Notes: generated by a model from the sequence alone, not told the origin. A stretch of DNA of 64,000 nucleotides from Gnetum montanum (GCA_015680685.1 MNCI01001992.1:395077-459076), one strand, 5' to 3'. Positions 28,501 through 41,480 are shown, counted from the stretch's first letter. Translations and numbers: made by a program.

Positions 28501-29752
28501 TCCTCTAGGCCATCCAAGAAAAATTGATCATGTCCATGGTCATTGTGGAATTAAATTTTTGTTTGTTTATTGAATTTTCTCCATAGGTAATGAAGATGAA
28601 ACTCCAAGTGTCTTCCTTATGGTCCACATTGACCAATAATGGTGAATGGTACTTAGGAGAAATGTACCAATTCTAGAAAAATAAGCGGGCTAATGCCATA
28701 ATAAGAATTGAAGGATTCTCCATGCCATACTTAGTAAAGGTAATTGCTAAGTCCCTCAACATTTCAAACGAAGGAGCCAATGTGGCATATATTTCAACCA
28801 AGTTAAACACTTATGCCAAGAAACTATGGTTGCAGAGGGCATATGGAAAAGAAGATAAGAAGAAGAGGAAAAACTTTAGGCACTCCTTAACAAATATCAA
28901 TTTCAAAAGTGTAATGATATATGGAAGAAGTTGATGGAAGAGCCACCACCACTTGGAACATGATCTACATCAAGCTACTTTGAATTTTATTTATTTATTT
29001 ATTTTTTCATGTAACTATGTCATTTTGTAAAACATCATTGTAGCATTCCAAGTCATGTAAATAGTTAGTCATAAAATGTCAAGTTGAATCTACACCCTAA
29101 TTTTGTAAAGGACTCTATCCTCATTTTTTTTAAACTTAAGAACAAGTTTCTAGTTATTCATGGAGGTATGATAAAATCAATTTTTTTTGTAATAAGATAT
29201 TGAAGCAATGATATTGTAGTTAACATAGTTTTTACTATTTTCTTAGTTTAATCATTTACATTTCATAGTACTTTATTTTACATGTCATTGGTTAAGCATA
29301 GTAAGTATGACTAGTTTTGAGCACTAAGTGTAATCGTTTGGTAATCCCAGTAGTATTATTGCTTAGTGTGCCTAGTAGCATAATGCTTGGTAACCTAGCA
29401 ATGGTTATATGAGCCTAAGGTGTCTATGGTAGACCATGACCAGATGCTCATCACTATAGGCTAGAGTAGATTTACATTATTTTCATTACTTAGATTTAGA
29501 TTTTTATTCTAAAATTTTTTCATGTTCACAACTAGGAGTATTATGGGCCTAACAACATCAAATAATCATACACCTCACTAAGAGCTAAGCCATACACTTG
29601 TACCTCACTAGCTTGAGGTGTGAAGGTAGTGAACATGCACTTAAACTTAGTTACTATCATAATAACATTGCCCATCCACAGATTACAATATGATCATGCA
29701 TTGGCACTCATGAATTGTATGGTAGAGTGTTGGGATACTCCATCACTCATCA
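19590..29752 (+). mobile_element. Athila-like Ty3/gypsy element: partial gag, PR-RT-RH-INT pseudogene, long 3' region, PPT and 3' LTR; 5' LTR missing
   Basis: Protease (PIIMGRTWL, ORF 21142..21375), RT (WRVCIDFR, DHFSLPFVDQVL, FLDSYSGYNQI; ORF 21967..22170), RH at ~22750-23110, integrase (YHPQANG; ORF 23761..23973), PPT CATGGAGGTA at 29159-29168. Left boundary approximate. Confidence 0.9.
29169..29752 (+). repeat. Athila-like 3' LTR, internally deleted (584 bp)
   Basis: TGATAAA...CACTCATCA termini after the PPT. It lacks the U3 repeat/TATA block seen in the sister LTRs. Confidence 0.8.
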
Positions 29753-29866
29753 CCTACCAAGATCACAAAAAAACTTAAGTATAACCTAATAGAATAAGAA
29801 AGTTATCAAAGGAACTATGGGTTATAAACTAGAAATGTTAATTTAGGGTTATGTTTGTGATTGTAG

Positions 29867-32830
29867 ATGGCACCAAAGAGGGAAGCACCAACAGGAGAAC
29901 CTTCTAGCCTAAGGAGAAGTGGCATGAGGAGGAAGTAGCTAACAACAACAACCATAGTAGCTATAAGAATAAGCAACCAAAGCAATGCATGCAATGGAAC
30001 CTATTCAAGAGGAGCGTGAAGTGGAATTTGTCCAGTCAATAACAACAACCACCACAATAGCTACAAGAATAAGCAACCAAAGTAATGCATGCAATGGAAC
30101 CTCTTTGGGAGGAGTGTGAAGTGGAATCTATTTAGTAGATTCCCATCACATAGACCTACCAATCCAAACAAGATGAAGCTCCAAGGCCAAGGCCTAACCT
30201 TGAAGTTATACTATTGGATGCCTACTTGGAAAGAATTAGGACCAACAAAGTTCAGAGATCAGTTTTCCAAGAATTAAACTTTGGATCTTCTTGGAGTTGG
30301 CACCAAAGGACGTCCACACATAATTACAAAGGTCTCCCATGTGGTCCATTCTTTCCTCTAATGGAGAATGGTACATTGGAAAGACCTACCTATTTTGAAA
30401 CAACTGAAAAGGAGATGTGTTTATCAAAATCAAAGATATCACAGTCTCCTATTCAATTGAGGCCATTGGTTTACCTAACTTTGGGGAAACATTGCTAGAA
30501 ATTTTGATTCAAGTAGATTCATAAGGCAAGCAAGAGTGGGTCCAACATTGTTATCGAGTGGACCATAAGGAGTACAATGCACTCATGAAGGTAGAGTGTA
30601 TCTATTTCAAAATCATGACCTGTCGCCTAAATGCCATGGTGAGGCCAAATAAGGTCATAGCCTTCTTGACCCGTGAATGTGTTGCAATAAGTAGAAAGTT
30701 TCTCACCAATGTTTCATAGCTTATCTATCTAGAGTTAGAGAAGTAATTCAAAGAGAATAAAAAAGAAAGAAAAACACTCTCATTCCCATGCTTAATTCAA
30801 AAAATATGTTGAAGGGAAGGCATAGCACACTATGCCAATGATATGGTTTGTCATGCTCTTACTTCATCTTGATAGGAGATGATGAAGGAGAAGGTAGTAG
30901 TGAAGCTATAGGAAGAGGAAAGGCCATCACCACCACCACTTACAGAAGAAACCATAATAGAGGTTCTTGCAGTTACACAAAGGCCTTAGAAACTCTATGA
31001 TTAGTAGTCACAGTAGTAGCAAGGCTCAATAGGTGATGTGAAATCTTCCATTTATCATCTAGTCTTAAGGCATCTTAATAAGGTCACAAGGACCATTAGT
31101 TGGCTAGAGGAAACTATCTTGATATTCTCAACATAAAGAAATTAGGTGCCTAGAAGAAAAAATACTAGTGCTTGGAAAGTTACAATGTTCATTCTTGGAC
31201 AAGAATTCCATAAAATTTTTAAGAATATCACAAATTTCTTGGTCTTCCTAGATAAAGATAAGGAGGAAACTATTCTAGTGATGTAGCACCAAAGATAGGA
31301 GACAATGGTGGAGGTGGTGGCTACTAGGATAACAAAGGTCCTAAATGCTTCTATGGAATCTATGATAGAGATTTCCATGATGGTTGATATTTAAACATCC
31401 ATAGGAGTGGGAAGTGGTCAATTAAAGATAGCCCAACACAAAGAATTATTGGAACAATTAGTGGGATCCAAGAAACTACTTCTATAGATCTTGAATCTTC
31501 TGGATGAAATTACAATAACCCAGTTGGAGATGGTTGAGATAAAGGATAAAATCCTCATTTCTAATGCCCAAATATAGGTAGCCACCATTGAGAACTAATG
31601 ACTAGCTACTAAGGTTGCGGAGTTATGAGCCCCTCTCTCTAACCTCACCATTCCCAACCCAAAACTCACAAGGGATGAAGCTCTTTAATAGCTTCAACAT
31701 AGGATCAAAGAGGTTGAGAATGAAAAGGAGATGGTGATTTTTGACATGTCCTTATTAGAAGCCATGGCCTTCAACACTGATAAGGATTTTTTACAAGTTT
31801 ACAAGGAGAACTTGGTCGTCACCAAAGATCTTCATCACTTGTGAAATGTTGAACAACAAAGGGAATAGATGGTTAAATTTGTTTGAAAATAGCAAGAGTA
31901 GCTAGCCAAGGTGAATCTTGATCTAAAGAGGTTTATAGTGGAGAATAGGAATCTCTTGATGGAGAAATTTTGAGCACCTTGTCAGAAAATGACCATCAAA
32001 ATAGTTGTTGGGAAGAATGAGGCCTTAAAATTTGAACAAGTCAAAAATCATTACAGGAACTAGGTTGGGCTCCTCAAGGAGGTAATTGAAAAATATAAAT
32101 AATTGGCCAACACAAAGATGAATGAGATCCTCTAGAAACTCCAGCAAAGAGGTGAAGTGTGGTAGCCAATCTTTGATGGCTTAAATGCGTATAACTAAGT
32201 AGAAATTTACCTTAATGAGTTGCAAATTGAGGAGATGATTAAGTACATAAAGCTTACTAACCTTTGTTATGTAAAATTGGCTATGATAGCAACAAGGAGG
32301 TTAAGGAAAAAATTAGAGAAGTAGGTAATCAATTCCTACCTCTTATACAAGGTAGAATTCAAGCATCACAAGGAGACCAAGAAACAATTAGAGATAGCCA
32401 ACACAGTGCTTGAATTTCTTAGGAGTAGATTCATTGATTAGTGATTTATTATTGAGAACTTGGCTAGAAGAATGAACAACTACCATGAACTACAAAACCT
32501 CATAAATATGTTTGACATTGAACCTAAACAATTCACAGCATGGTTTGTTAATGCCAAGGAGTTGTTTCTTGCAATGTCGTGCTTGTGGAATATACCTACA
32601 CTAGCCCACATTGGTGAAGCTGCATGGATGGCTTATGATCCACATGGAAAAGAGAAGAAAATGAAAGCACTACTAGATGCTTTTAGACTTCCTCCAATAG
32701 TAATAGTAGTAGCAAAAAATCCTTAGCCACTTTCACTACTACAAGCCTTGGAACCTAGTGAAGGACCTTCAGTGTCAAAGAAGCCTCCACCTCCAGTCAT
32801 TGTTTGAGAATTCACCTTATCTTCAACAAC
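29867..32830 (+). pseudogene. Degenerate extra ORF of an Athila-like element (env-like/putative plant transposon protein-like, with a long coiled-coil region)
   Basis: Starts MAPKREAPTGEPSS directly after TTGTAG. Contains SFPCLIQKIC (~30780-30810), resembling the FPxLITxLC motif of Athila extra ORFs. An E/K/L-rich helical stretch lies at ~31400-32500, and ORF fragments 30214..30498 and 32460..32726 fall within it. A ~100-bp tandem duplication lies at 29940-30137. Confidence 0.6.
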
Positions 32831-33025
32831 TCAAGGATACCTATTGGAATTTTGTAAAGTATATAATTTTGGTAATATCGATACCAATTTTTTAATATCA
32901 TACATTTTGGCACTCAAAGTTAATGAGTCTATTTATCTCTATTTGTTTTTAAGTTAATAAATCCCATACTTTCTTAAATTTTGTAAGAAGCTTGATCCTA
33001 ATTTTTTTAGTTAGTTATGGAGGGA

Positions 33026-33908
33026 TGATGAACCATCATTCAGAAAGCTATGTTGATGAACATGCATCAACATAGTCTCATCAATGTATCCCCATCAACA
33101 CATGATGATAGGCGTTGATGTAGATGGAAGAGAAGCCTATATAAATGTGAGCACAAACTACATTTATGGAACTTTAAGTCCATAGCATAGCAAAGCTCTT
33201 GTAGTTTGATTTCTATAGAATTATAATATTTTCCTCTAAGTGCCCATAATATGAATTCAAGAGATTGTATGGATCTTTATTTGAGTGCCATATACCTGAA
33301 TGCATTACCATGAACAATAATTAAGATGAGATTTCTAACATTCATTATAGCACTTGGATTAGTTTAATCTCTCTTATTTGCACTTTATGTTTAATGCCCT
33401 TTACTTCCATAAGTCCTAATTAATTAATGCACTTATTTGTAAACACATAGGTATGACCACTTCAAGTATAACATGTTATGCTTGGTAATCCTAGTACCAA
33501 CTATTTGGTAATGGCTAGTAATAGTCATTTGGTAACCTAGTAGAATAATATGAGTTTGGGATATGTATGATAAGTAGGAGCATCTACTTTTGTTAGGGTA
33601 CTTGGCCATTAGAATAGCTAATTAATTAAATAGTTAATTATTAAGCTTTCATTTACTCATTAAGCTATTAGGAGAAAAAATATAAAAAATATACCAACAA
33701 AAATAAATTTCATAAACCTTAGCTCACATTTAACCATATGCACAAATAGCACAAGTGTGAGTCAGGAACACAATGATCATCCACTCCCTTGATTCATAGT
33801 CTAGGACTATGAGTGAACTTAGGAACTAAGTCTACGAAATTTGACCAGATTGCTGGTGCATGCTTGTGATTCATATGGTTGGGTGTAGGGAATACTCACA
33901 ACTTGTTA
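33026..33908 (+). repeat. Athila-like 3' LTR
   Basis: TGAT start after the PPT, TATA at ~33138-33146, decayed U5 terminus GGGTGTAGGGAATACTCACAACTTGTTA. Confidence 0.75.
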
Positions 33909-33954
33909 ATACCTTAGAAAATATATCATCAAGATATAATAACATATGCATTGA

Positions 33955-34110
33955 TGTTGGGGGTGTTAGAACCTCAAAATAATTGTAATATAGGTACACC
34001 CCAAGATATATAGTCCAATTAAAATTTTATAACTCAACATTTACCACAAAAATCAAACTTATGACTTAGAGCTTTCAAATTGAGAACCTTACTACTAGGC
34101 TAATATCTCA
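33955..34110 (-). repeat. tRNA-like (box A/box B) repeat, second copy of 62763..62905
   Basis: Minus strand TAGCCTAGTAG...AAGTTTGATTT...GGGGTGTACCTATATTACAATTATTTTGAGGTTCTAACACCCCCAA aligns with 62769-62906. Confidence 0.6.
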
Positions 34111-34939
34111 TTATTAATAAGAGAATCAAGGATCAAATCTTATTAACGCAGAAGGGGTTGTTCCAAGCTATATTATACACAAGCTTATAAGTATATATGC
34201 CATGATGTCATAAAATACCAATTAGGAGGTTCAAAGATTAAATCTCAAGATGTACAAAATTAATATATACATGCTATCAAGAAATCAATGAATAAAAACT
34301 CTATAAGCATAAGAAGGATGTTAGAATATACTAGTATAAACCACTAGCCATAATACAAGCTATTACCATAATATTAAACTATAGTATAAAATGCAAGATT
34401 ATGCTCAATTACCTAGCATATAATGAATAATAAACCTAAGACTCTAGGTTGAAATGTTGATTTGTTACACAAAGATTTCTTAAACATGTTATAATTAACC
34501 ATTTTAACAATAAAAATGGATTGGAAGAAATAGCTAGCATGTAAAACACTAATTTCATAGTATTTAAGGATAGCTTAAATCACTGATATAAAACCTTTAT
34601 TCGAATGAATAAATCTAATAATCTATTAAAAGATATATCAATAAGTGATATCTCTAATAGAGATTTGTATAAAACATTAGATGAAGGGAAATTAAAAGCT
34701 TTAGAATTATTCACATTCTCTATAGTCTAAGAGACATTAGTATTTTCCATCTTCAAATCATTACTTGCTAAAAATTTTCTACCAAAATATCTCTACAAGA
34801 GACTCTTAAGATCAAGAAAACTTTAGATGCTTGTCTTATAGTATGACTCAAAATTCAAAACCTAAAATTTTTCAAGACAATCAACATATTACTCAAAATA
34901 ATGATATTAAAAGTTAGGTGTGCATATTGGTTTAGGGAT

Positions 34940-35916
34940 CATAATTTACAAGTTCAAGAAGCTGGAAAGACTTCTCTTACTATTCTAGAGACATCTCGAG
35001 GAAGACTTCTCTTAATGTAGTAGAGATATCTCAGAGAAGAATTGTCTTACTATAGTAGAGACATCTTTGGGGTAGACTTCTCTTACTATAGTAGAGACAT
35101 CTTCAGATAGATGTCTCTTACTGTAGCAAAGACATCTCTAGGAAGACATCTTACCCATGGAGAAGACATTTTACCAACATAGAAGACATCTTACCCATGG
35201 AGAAGACATTTTACCAACATAGAAGACATCTATTTTGTAAGTTGGATTTTAATAGAAAATTTCATACAAAGGACAAAGATGAGTTGTATAGCATAGGAAT
35301 TTCAAAAATTTTTATTGTATTTTGGGAAATAGCCAAGATAAGTTGAAAAATGATGAATATAGCCAAGGAGAAGGTAAGAAAACCATGGAAACAACTAAAA
35401 AACCTCAAGTTGAGTTAAGAATAGATTCCTAGGTTTCTTGTCTCCTTGTTATTCATAAATATAATGTAACTCACAATTGTTGATAACGAGTAAGAGAGAG
35501 AGCTCTTGAGTATACAGAGTTTAGCAAGAGAGGGTGTGAGAGAACATTAAGTGCAATTGGTGATTTTAGCTTCAAGGTCAATTGTGAGGTGTGTTGACCT
35601 ATGTGTTCTATTCTCTTATGTCTTACTTGCAAGTGATATCTCAATCTTATATTATGGGAAAGGTTTTCTATTGATTGTATCTTGCATTAAAAATTTCTAT
35701 TGTGTTGTTGTAGAGCCTCATGCTCTTCAATATCATTTGAGTGATTGAGAGATTTTTGGATGCATGTGGGTTTTGAAAATCCTATTGTAATCTTCTAATT
35801 GAATAATTAAAGATAGCTAGTTTTATTGTTTTCTAGAAAATTTATTATCTTTTCATAAGATCTAGATTTATTATTTGAAAGTGATTAATTCTTAGAGTGA
35901 ACTTGCTCTAGCTTTA
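34940..35916 (+). repeat. Chromovirus 5' LTR with ~31-bp tandem units and a perfect 40-bp duplication
   Basis: Homologous to 5260..6211 and followed by the PBS; 35142..35181 equals 35182..35221. Confidence 0.78.
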
Positions 35917-38900
35917 TTAGTATTAAAGCCTTGTATTTATCAAAGCTTTATGTTAAGTTTTATGTTCATTGTAGTTGTGTTTCCTAGAATTGCTTGAGGA
36001 TTTTGTTAATTTTAGATGGTACCTAAGAAGAAACAAGTGCAAGCCATAGATAAATACATGGAGAGCATGATGTCTACCTTCCAAATAATGGTTGCTTAAT
36101 TGAATGAAATCCATGAAAAGGTAGATAGAAATATCAGCCCTAGTCATATCCAAACACATGGAGGTGATGAGCATGCATGTTCATATGAAAAAGTTTTATA
36201 ACTAGGTGGAGATGGAGAAGATGAAGAGAAAGAAAAATCTAGCTATGATAGTGTAGGAATCCATTAGCTAAGGATTCTAAGGGAAGGGAATCCTATTCCT
36301 CATATAAGAATTCTAAGGTCTCCAACTATGTTAAATACACTTTCTCGCTAGGTAAGCTTGATGAGGAAAATATGTTAATGCCTACTAGAGAGCTCAAAAA
36401 TTCTACAAGACTTATATATGTGGAGTTGAAGACTTTTAGTGGTATAGATGACACCAATGTATTTGTGAGTTGGTTGAAGGTACTTGAAAAGTAATTCTAG
36501 TTGGAAGAGGTATCAAATAACTTGAGGGTACCTATTGCTAAATCCAGATTAGAAGGTATGGCTTCTACATGGTAGGAAAATGAGTTCCAAGGTTATCAAA
36601 TATATAATATTCAATCTATTAATGATTAGGATTTGATGAAATATAGATTGAAAAGAAAATTTGAATAGCCTCATTAAAGATAAGAGAACATTATGAAGTT
36701 GAAATTCCTAAGGGAAGATAACAAGGATGTCAAAGAATTCTACATTGAATTTTGTAATCTATTCCATCAAGAGAAGGTAAATTGTAAGAAGTATGAACAA
36801 GATTCGATCTTTTTAGGAGGTCTCAAAATGATGAAGTAGTAGAAGTTATCTTTTAATGAGCCACAAATACTTATTGAGGCTTATGATTTGGCTCTCAAGA
36901 TTGAGAAGAAATTACGTATATTGACAAATAGGAGTAAACAAACTTCCAAGGGGAATGCGAAGGGGTCCAAGTCATAATCTAAAGACAAGAATGATAGCCA
37001 TGACAAGAATATTTCAAGAAGCAATGAGAAGGATAAACCCAAGTATGAAGGCAAGGGAGGCAAGGATGAAGATAGTAGCTCATAAAGAATCCAATGCTTC
37101 AAGTGTGTGGAACTGGAATACAAGCAATGGGAATGTTCACTTCACAAGGCATCCAAGGGTAAAGATGTGCAAACCATGGATTTGGAGAAGACATTAAGCT
37201 GAGGTATTCAAAGAGGTAATCCTAATACTCCAAAAATTAATGATGTTTCTAAATTAAATTCTTGTGCATTCATGAGGAGTGTGAATAGAGGAGAACTCCA
37301 TAATAGAAAGTTGTTGTTTTGAACTAGAGCTCTAAGTGTGCTTAGTGTAAAATTTATTCATGTTTTAATTGATGGGGAAGCCCAAGAAAATGTTATTTAT
37401 TCTAGGGAAACTACTATAATTAGGTTTGGTAACTAATCCTCATCTTAGATCTAATAAAGTACATTGGTTATCTAGAGATTTTTTACAAGAGGTAAGGAAA
37501 CAATATACTTTAAAATTTAAAATCAGAGTTTTTTATGATGCTATGAAATGTGATGTGTTTCCAATAGATTGTGATGATGTAATTCTTGGTAGAATTGGAA
37601 TTTTGACAATGGTTCTTGGTTTGATGAAGCAAGAAATGTATGGATTCTAGCTAGATCTGATGAAATCCATAAGCTAATTCCTATGATGGTTGAACAAGTG
37701 AGGCAAAAATGCTCACTTAATGCTTCCTTAATCCTTCTAGAAGAGATGGAATATATTGAGGAACATGATGAAATAAGTTTTGGTTTTGTCATTATGACAA
37801 TAGTTGCTAATACATATGATGATGTGTAGGTTGAACTTCCTACACATGTACTAGTCTTGAAGGAGAAATTTTCCAAAGTATTCAAGAAGAAATTGGATGG
37901 ATTACTACCAATGAGGAATGTACAACATCAGATTTATTTTATTCCTAATGCTACCATTCTAGATGAGAGATGTTACTAGATGGAACCAGATCAATGGGTT
38001 GAATAGCAAATGCAAGTAGATGAGTTACTTGCAAATGCCTTCATGAAGGAATCCATTTTAGCTTGTGTAATTCTAGTAGTGCTAGTACTAAAGAAGGACA
38101 ATGATGAACAAAGGATATGCATTGTTTCTAGGGTAGTGAACAAGATAATAGTGAGGTAAATATTTCTTCTTCCAAAGATAGATAATATCCTTGATGTCCT
38201 TACCAATGCTAAAAGTTTTAGAAAAATTGATTTAAAGGGTGGTTAACATCAAATCAGAATCAGGCCTAGTGATGAGTGGAAGATAACTTTCAAGATATTT
38301 AATTAATTTTTTGAGTACTTGGTGATGCCATTTGGGCTCATGAATGCACCTACTAAATTCATGAGGTCCATGCATGATGTATTAAGAGAATTTCTTGGTA
38401 AGTGTTGTATTATCTTTTTTTACAATATTTTGATGTATAGGTCTAATGAGAAAGAGCTTTTAAATCACTTGAGAATGTTTTATCTTAAGTTGAATGAGGC
38501 ATAGTTGGTGATCAATGTGAACAAAGTGATTTCTTCAAGATAAAAATCACATATTTAGGGCATGTGATTTCTAAAAACCAAATTTGGATGGAAGCTACCA
38601 AGGTGAAAGCTATTAATGATTGGTGAACTCCTAAGGATGTTGTGGAGTAAGATCATTTCTTAGTTTAATAGGTTTGTATAGATGGCTAATAAAAAAGTTT
38701 AGTGACAATTCATGGCCTATGTTTACTTTGTTAAAGAAAAATAAAGATTTCATGTGGAATAATAAAACCCAAGGAAGCTTTGACTTGTTAAAAGCACAAA
38801 TTACCAATGAACCAATATTTGTAATTTCATATTTTTAGAAGGTTTTTCAAGTGGAGGTGAATGCAAGTGGACTTACCATTCATGGGGTACTTTCACAAGA

Positions 38901-39303
38901 AGGTATGCATATTGCTTTCTTTTTTTGAAAATTTAAATGAGCCAAGGAAAAAATATAGCATATATGAAAAGGAGTTGTACGGTATTATTCAAGTAATTAA
39001 ACATTCGAGGCATTATTTATTGCTCAAAGAGTTCACTTTGATGACAAACCACAAAGCACTTCAATTTCTAAACTCATAATAGAATTTTAGTGCAAAGCAC
39101 ATGAAATGGATTGCATAGTTATAGGAGTTCAATTTTGTGTTAAAGCAAAAAAATGGAAGAGCCAATGTGGTGGTTGATGCATTATCCAAGGTGCATTTGG
39201 TGAATTTCAACATACCTCATGTGGAAGATATGGGTGATTTTATTTCTTTGTATAAGCATGATGATGATTTTTTATAGGTTTGAAGGAGTCTTAAAAGAGC
39301 CAT
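34940..39303 (+). mobile_element. Chromovirus 5' half: 5' LTR, tRNA-Met PBS, degenerate gag-PR-RT-RNase H, cut by an LTR insertion at 39304
   Basis: LTR 34940..35916; decayed PBS TAGTATTAAAGCC (35918-35930, cf. TGGTATCAGAGCC); zinc knuckle CFKCVELEYKQWEC (~37095-37136); CRM-like protease LIDGEAQENVI; RT HQIRIRPSDEWK and VMPFGLMNAP; RH YSIYEKELY, TNHKAL, ANVVVDALS. Confidence 0.88.
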
Positions 39304-40600
39304 TGATGAGTGGTGGAGCAATCCAACACCCAACCATACAAGTTACGAGTGTTCGTGCACAACCCAATTGTAATCCATGGATGGTCAATTTGATATGCTA
39401 GTAATTGAGTTAACCTTATGATCACTATGTTCCCATTCAGGATAGTAAATTCTAAGTGTATGGTTTAGTTGGTAATGAGGCATATGATAGTTGATGTTGA
39501 TCGACCACTATCACTCCTAAGTGTAGACATGATAAAGATGAAAGTAGGTACTAAGTCTAAGTAAGAACGAGTAAGTAAATCTATTCTAGACCATGACAAT
39601 GGATAATCATTCCTAATTTACTGACCATGTCTTGGGCCTATGTAATCATCCCTGTGATTACCAAGTATCATGATACTAGGTGAACCAAGTGATAATATTA
39701 CTAGGATTACCAAACGATCACACTTAACACTTGAAATTAGTTGTATCCATTCTACTTACTATCAACAAGTAGAGATAATATGCTTTGAAAAAGTAAAGTA
39801 ATAAACATTAAGCTAAATAAGTAGTAAACATTATGCTAAGTAAAAAACATAAGCTAAGGGAATGTTGCAATGATGAAAAATAGTTTTGGTCTTTATTTTC
39901 GAGCATAATTTGTGCCCAAGTATAAATTTCTTGAACAAAGACTCCATTCAACTACAGCACATCACACTACTAGCATTCACTCTTCTAATCACTAAGTCTA
40001 AATTCAAGAAATAAAACAACAAGAGTTTGGTTACTATGGGACTCCAAAAGTTCATGGATTATGCACCCAAGTATCGTATTTATAGGGCTCCATATATCTC
40101 AAGACATCATATCAATGATGACATAGCATGTGCTATGACATTGTTGATATGATATCATTGTTACGATATTGTAATGCATCAAAATTTGGATTTATCATAC
40201 CCCCATGTGTAATTGGAAACTTGTTCTCAAGCTAAAACAAAATGAGAATAGATTTTCTTACAAATTTTGGAGGTAGATTCAACTATACATGATTGATAGA
40301 CTATTTACATGAATTTGAATGCCACAGTGATGTTTGTACAAAATTTAACACAAGTGTATAATAAAAAGACAAAAATGAAAGTGGCTTAATGTGGATCAGG
40401 TTCTTGGTTGTGGTGGCTCTTCCATTGGTTGCTTCCCTTTATCATCAGGCTTCATAAATTGTATCTATTCAGCAATGCCTAAAGTCTTTCTTCTTCTGTC
40501 TAGGGATTGTGTACCTTCCACACTTGTTGAGCAATGTGTGATGGAGCTAGTACATCCCATGGGCATGGCAGTTGTGGGAACATGTAATTATTGACATTTT
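39304..40600 (-). mobile_element. Athila-like 3' LTR (39304..40197), PPT and adjacent 3' internal region, inserted in the chromovirus pol
   Basis: TGAT...ATCA termini; PPT CATGGGGGTA at 40198-40207 (minus); 40390-40600 resembles 28720-28980 in reverse. Confidence 0.85.
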
Positions 40601-40619
40601 GGCATGTCAGAACCTTAAG

Positions 40620-41480
40620 AAAAATGAAGAACATAGAATGTTTTATAAAATGTGATGCTATTGCGGGGCATGAAGGAGAGCTTAAGAGAGGAAATCTACA
40701 AAGAGATGTTAAAGTGGATAAAATAAGGACTTGCTAAACATGAATGAGGACTCAAGGAATGAGAGATACAAAGAAATGGCAAAGTGAAGACTGTAAGGAC
40801 TCAAGAGAGCTTGGACAAGAAATTCATAATAAAAATGGAAGTAAGGGCAAGATTGAGAGGAAGCTAAATGTATTTAATTATGTTGATTTTTTTTTGAGGA
40901 TGATTCTTGGATGTTTTGAAATATTTCATTATGTTTTTGTCTCATTTTGGTGTGCCTAGGAGGCTATAGGATCTATGGGGACTTGTTTGGAGGCATCTGG
41001 ATGCTTCCAACATCAAAATGAGTAGTTTCATTTTTGGGCCTTATAGAAGAGATGTTTGCCCAAAGACATCTTCCCTAAAGAGTAGACGTCTTCTAAAAAT
41101 AGGAGACATTTCCCAAAATTTGAGGTTGCTCTCATGTAGACATCCCGCAAATTTGAGGCTACCCTCATGTAGACATCCCAACTTCAAAGAAGACATCTAC
41201 ACTAGCTATTAAGTGATGGTTGGATGAATTCTAAGGTGTCTTTGGAAACTTCAAAGCTATAAGAAGACATCAATAGTGTAAGTGAACGAATGTGAATGTG
41301 AATAGTATACATTAAGCCTTTATTGTCTAATCTATTGTAGTTGTGTACTTCATTGTAACATCATTTGTACTATTGTATTAATTTTTTGTTGTACTATATA
41401 TTAAAGCACAAGGACTTGTAATTTAGTTACAATATTTTCTTGTAATTTTTTTTTCTCTCTTATTGTCCCACTAGGGTTGA
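40620..41480 (+). repeat. Probable LTR-like fragment with AGACATC-rich repeats
   Basis: Repeated (G/A)AGACAT(C/T) motifs and a ~32-bp duplication at ~41105-41180, followed by a TTGTA-rich tract typical of R/U5. No termini were identified. Confidence 0.35.

Larger units (their letters stand above)
29753..33908 (+). mobile_element. 3' portion of another Athila-like element: extra (env-like) ORF, PPT and 3' LTR
   Basis: Long degenerate sense ORF, then PPT TTATGGAGGGA (33015-33025) and an LTR starting TGATGA at 33026. Confidence 0.75.
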
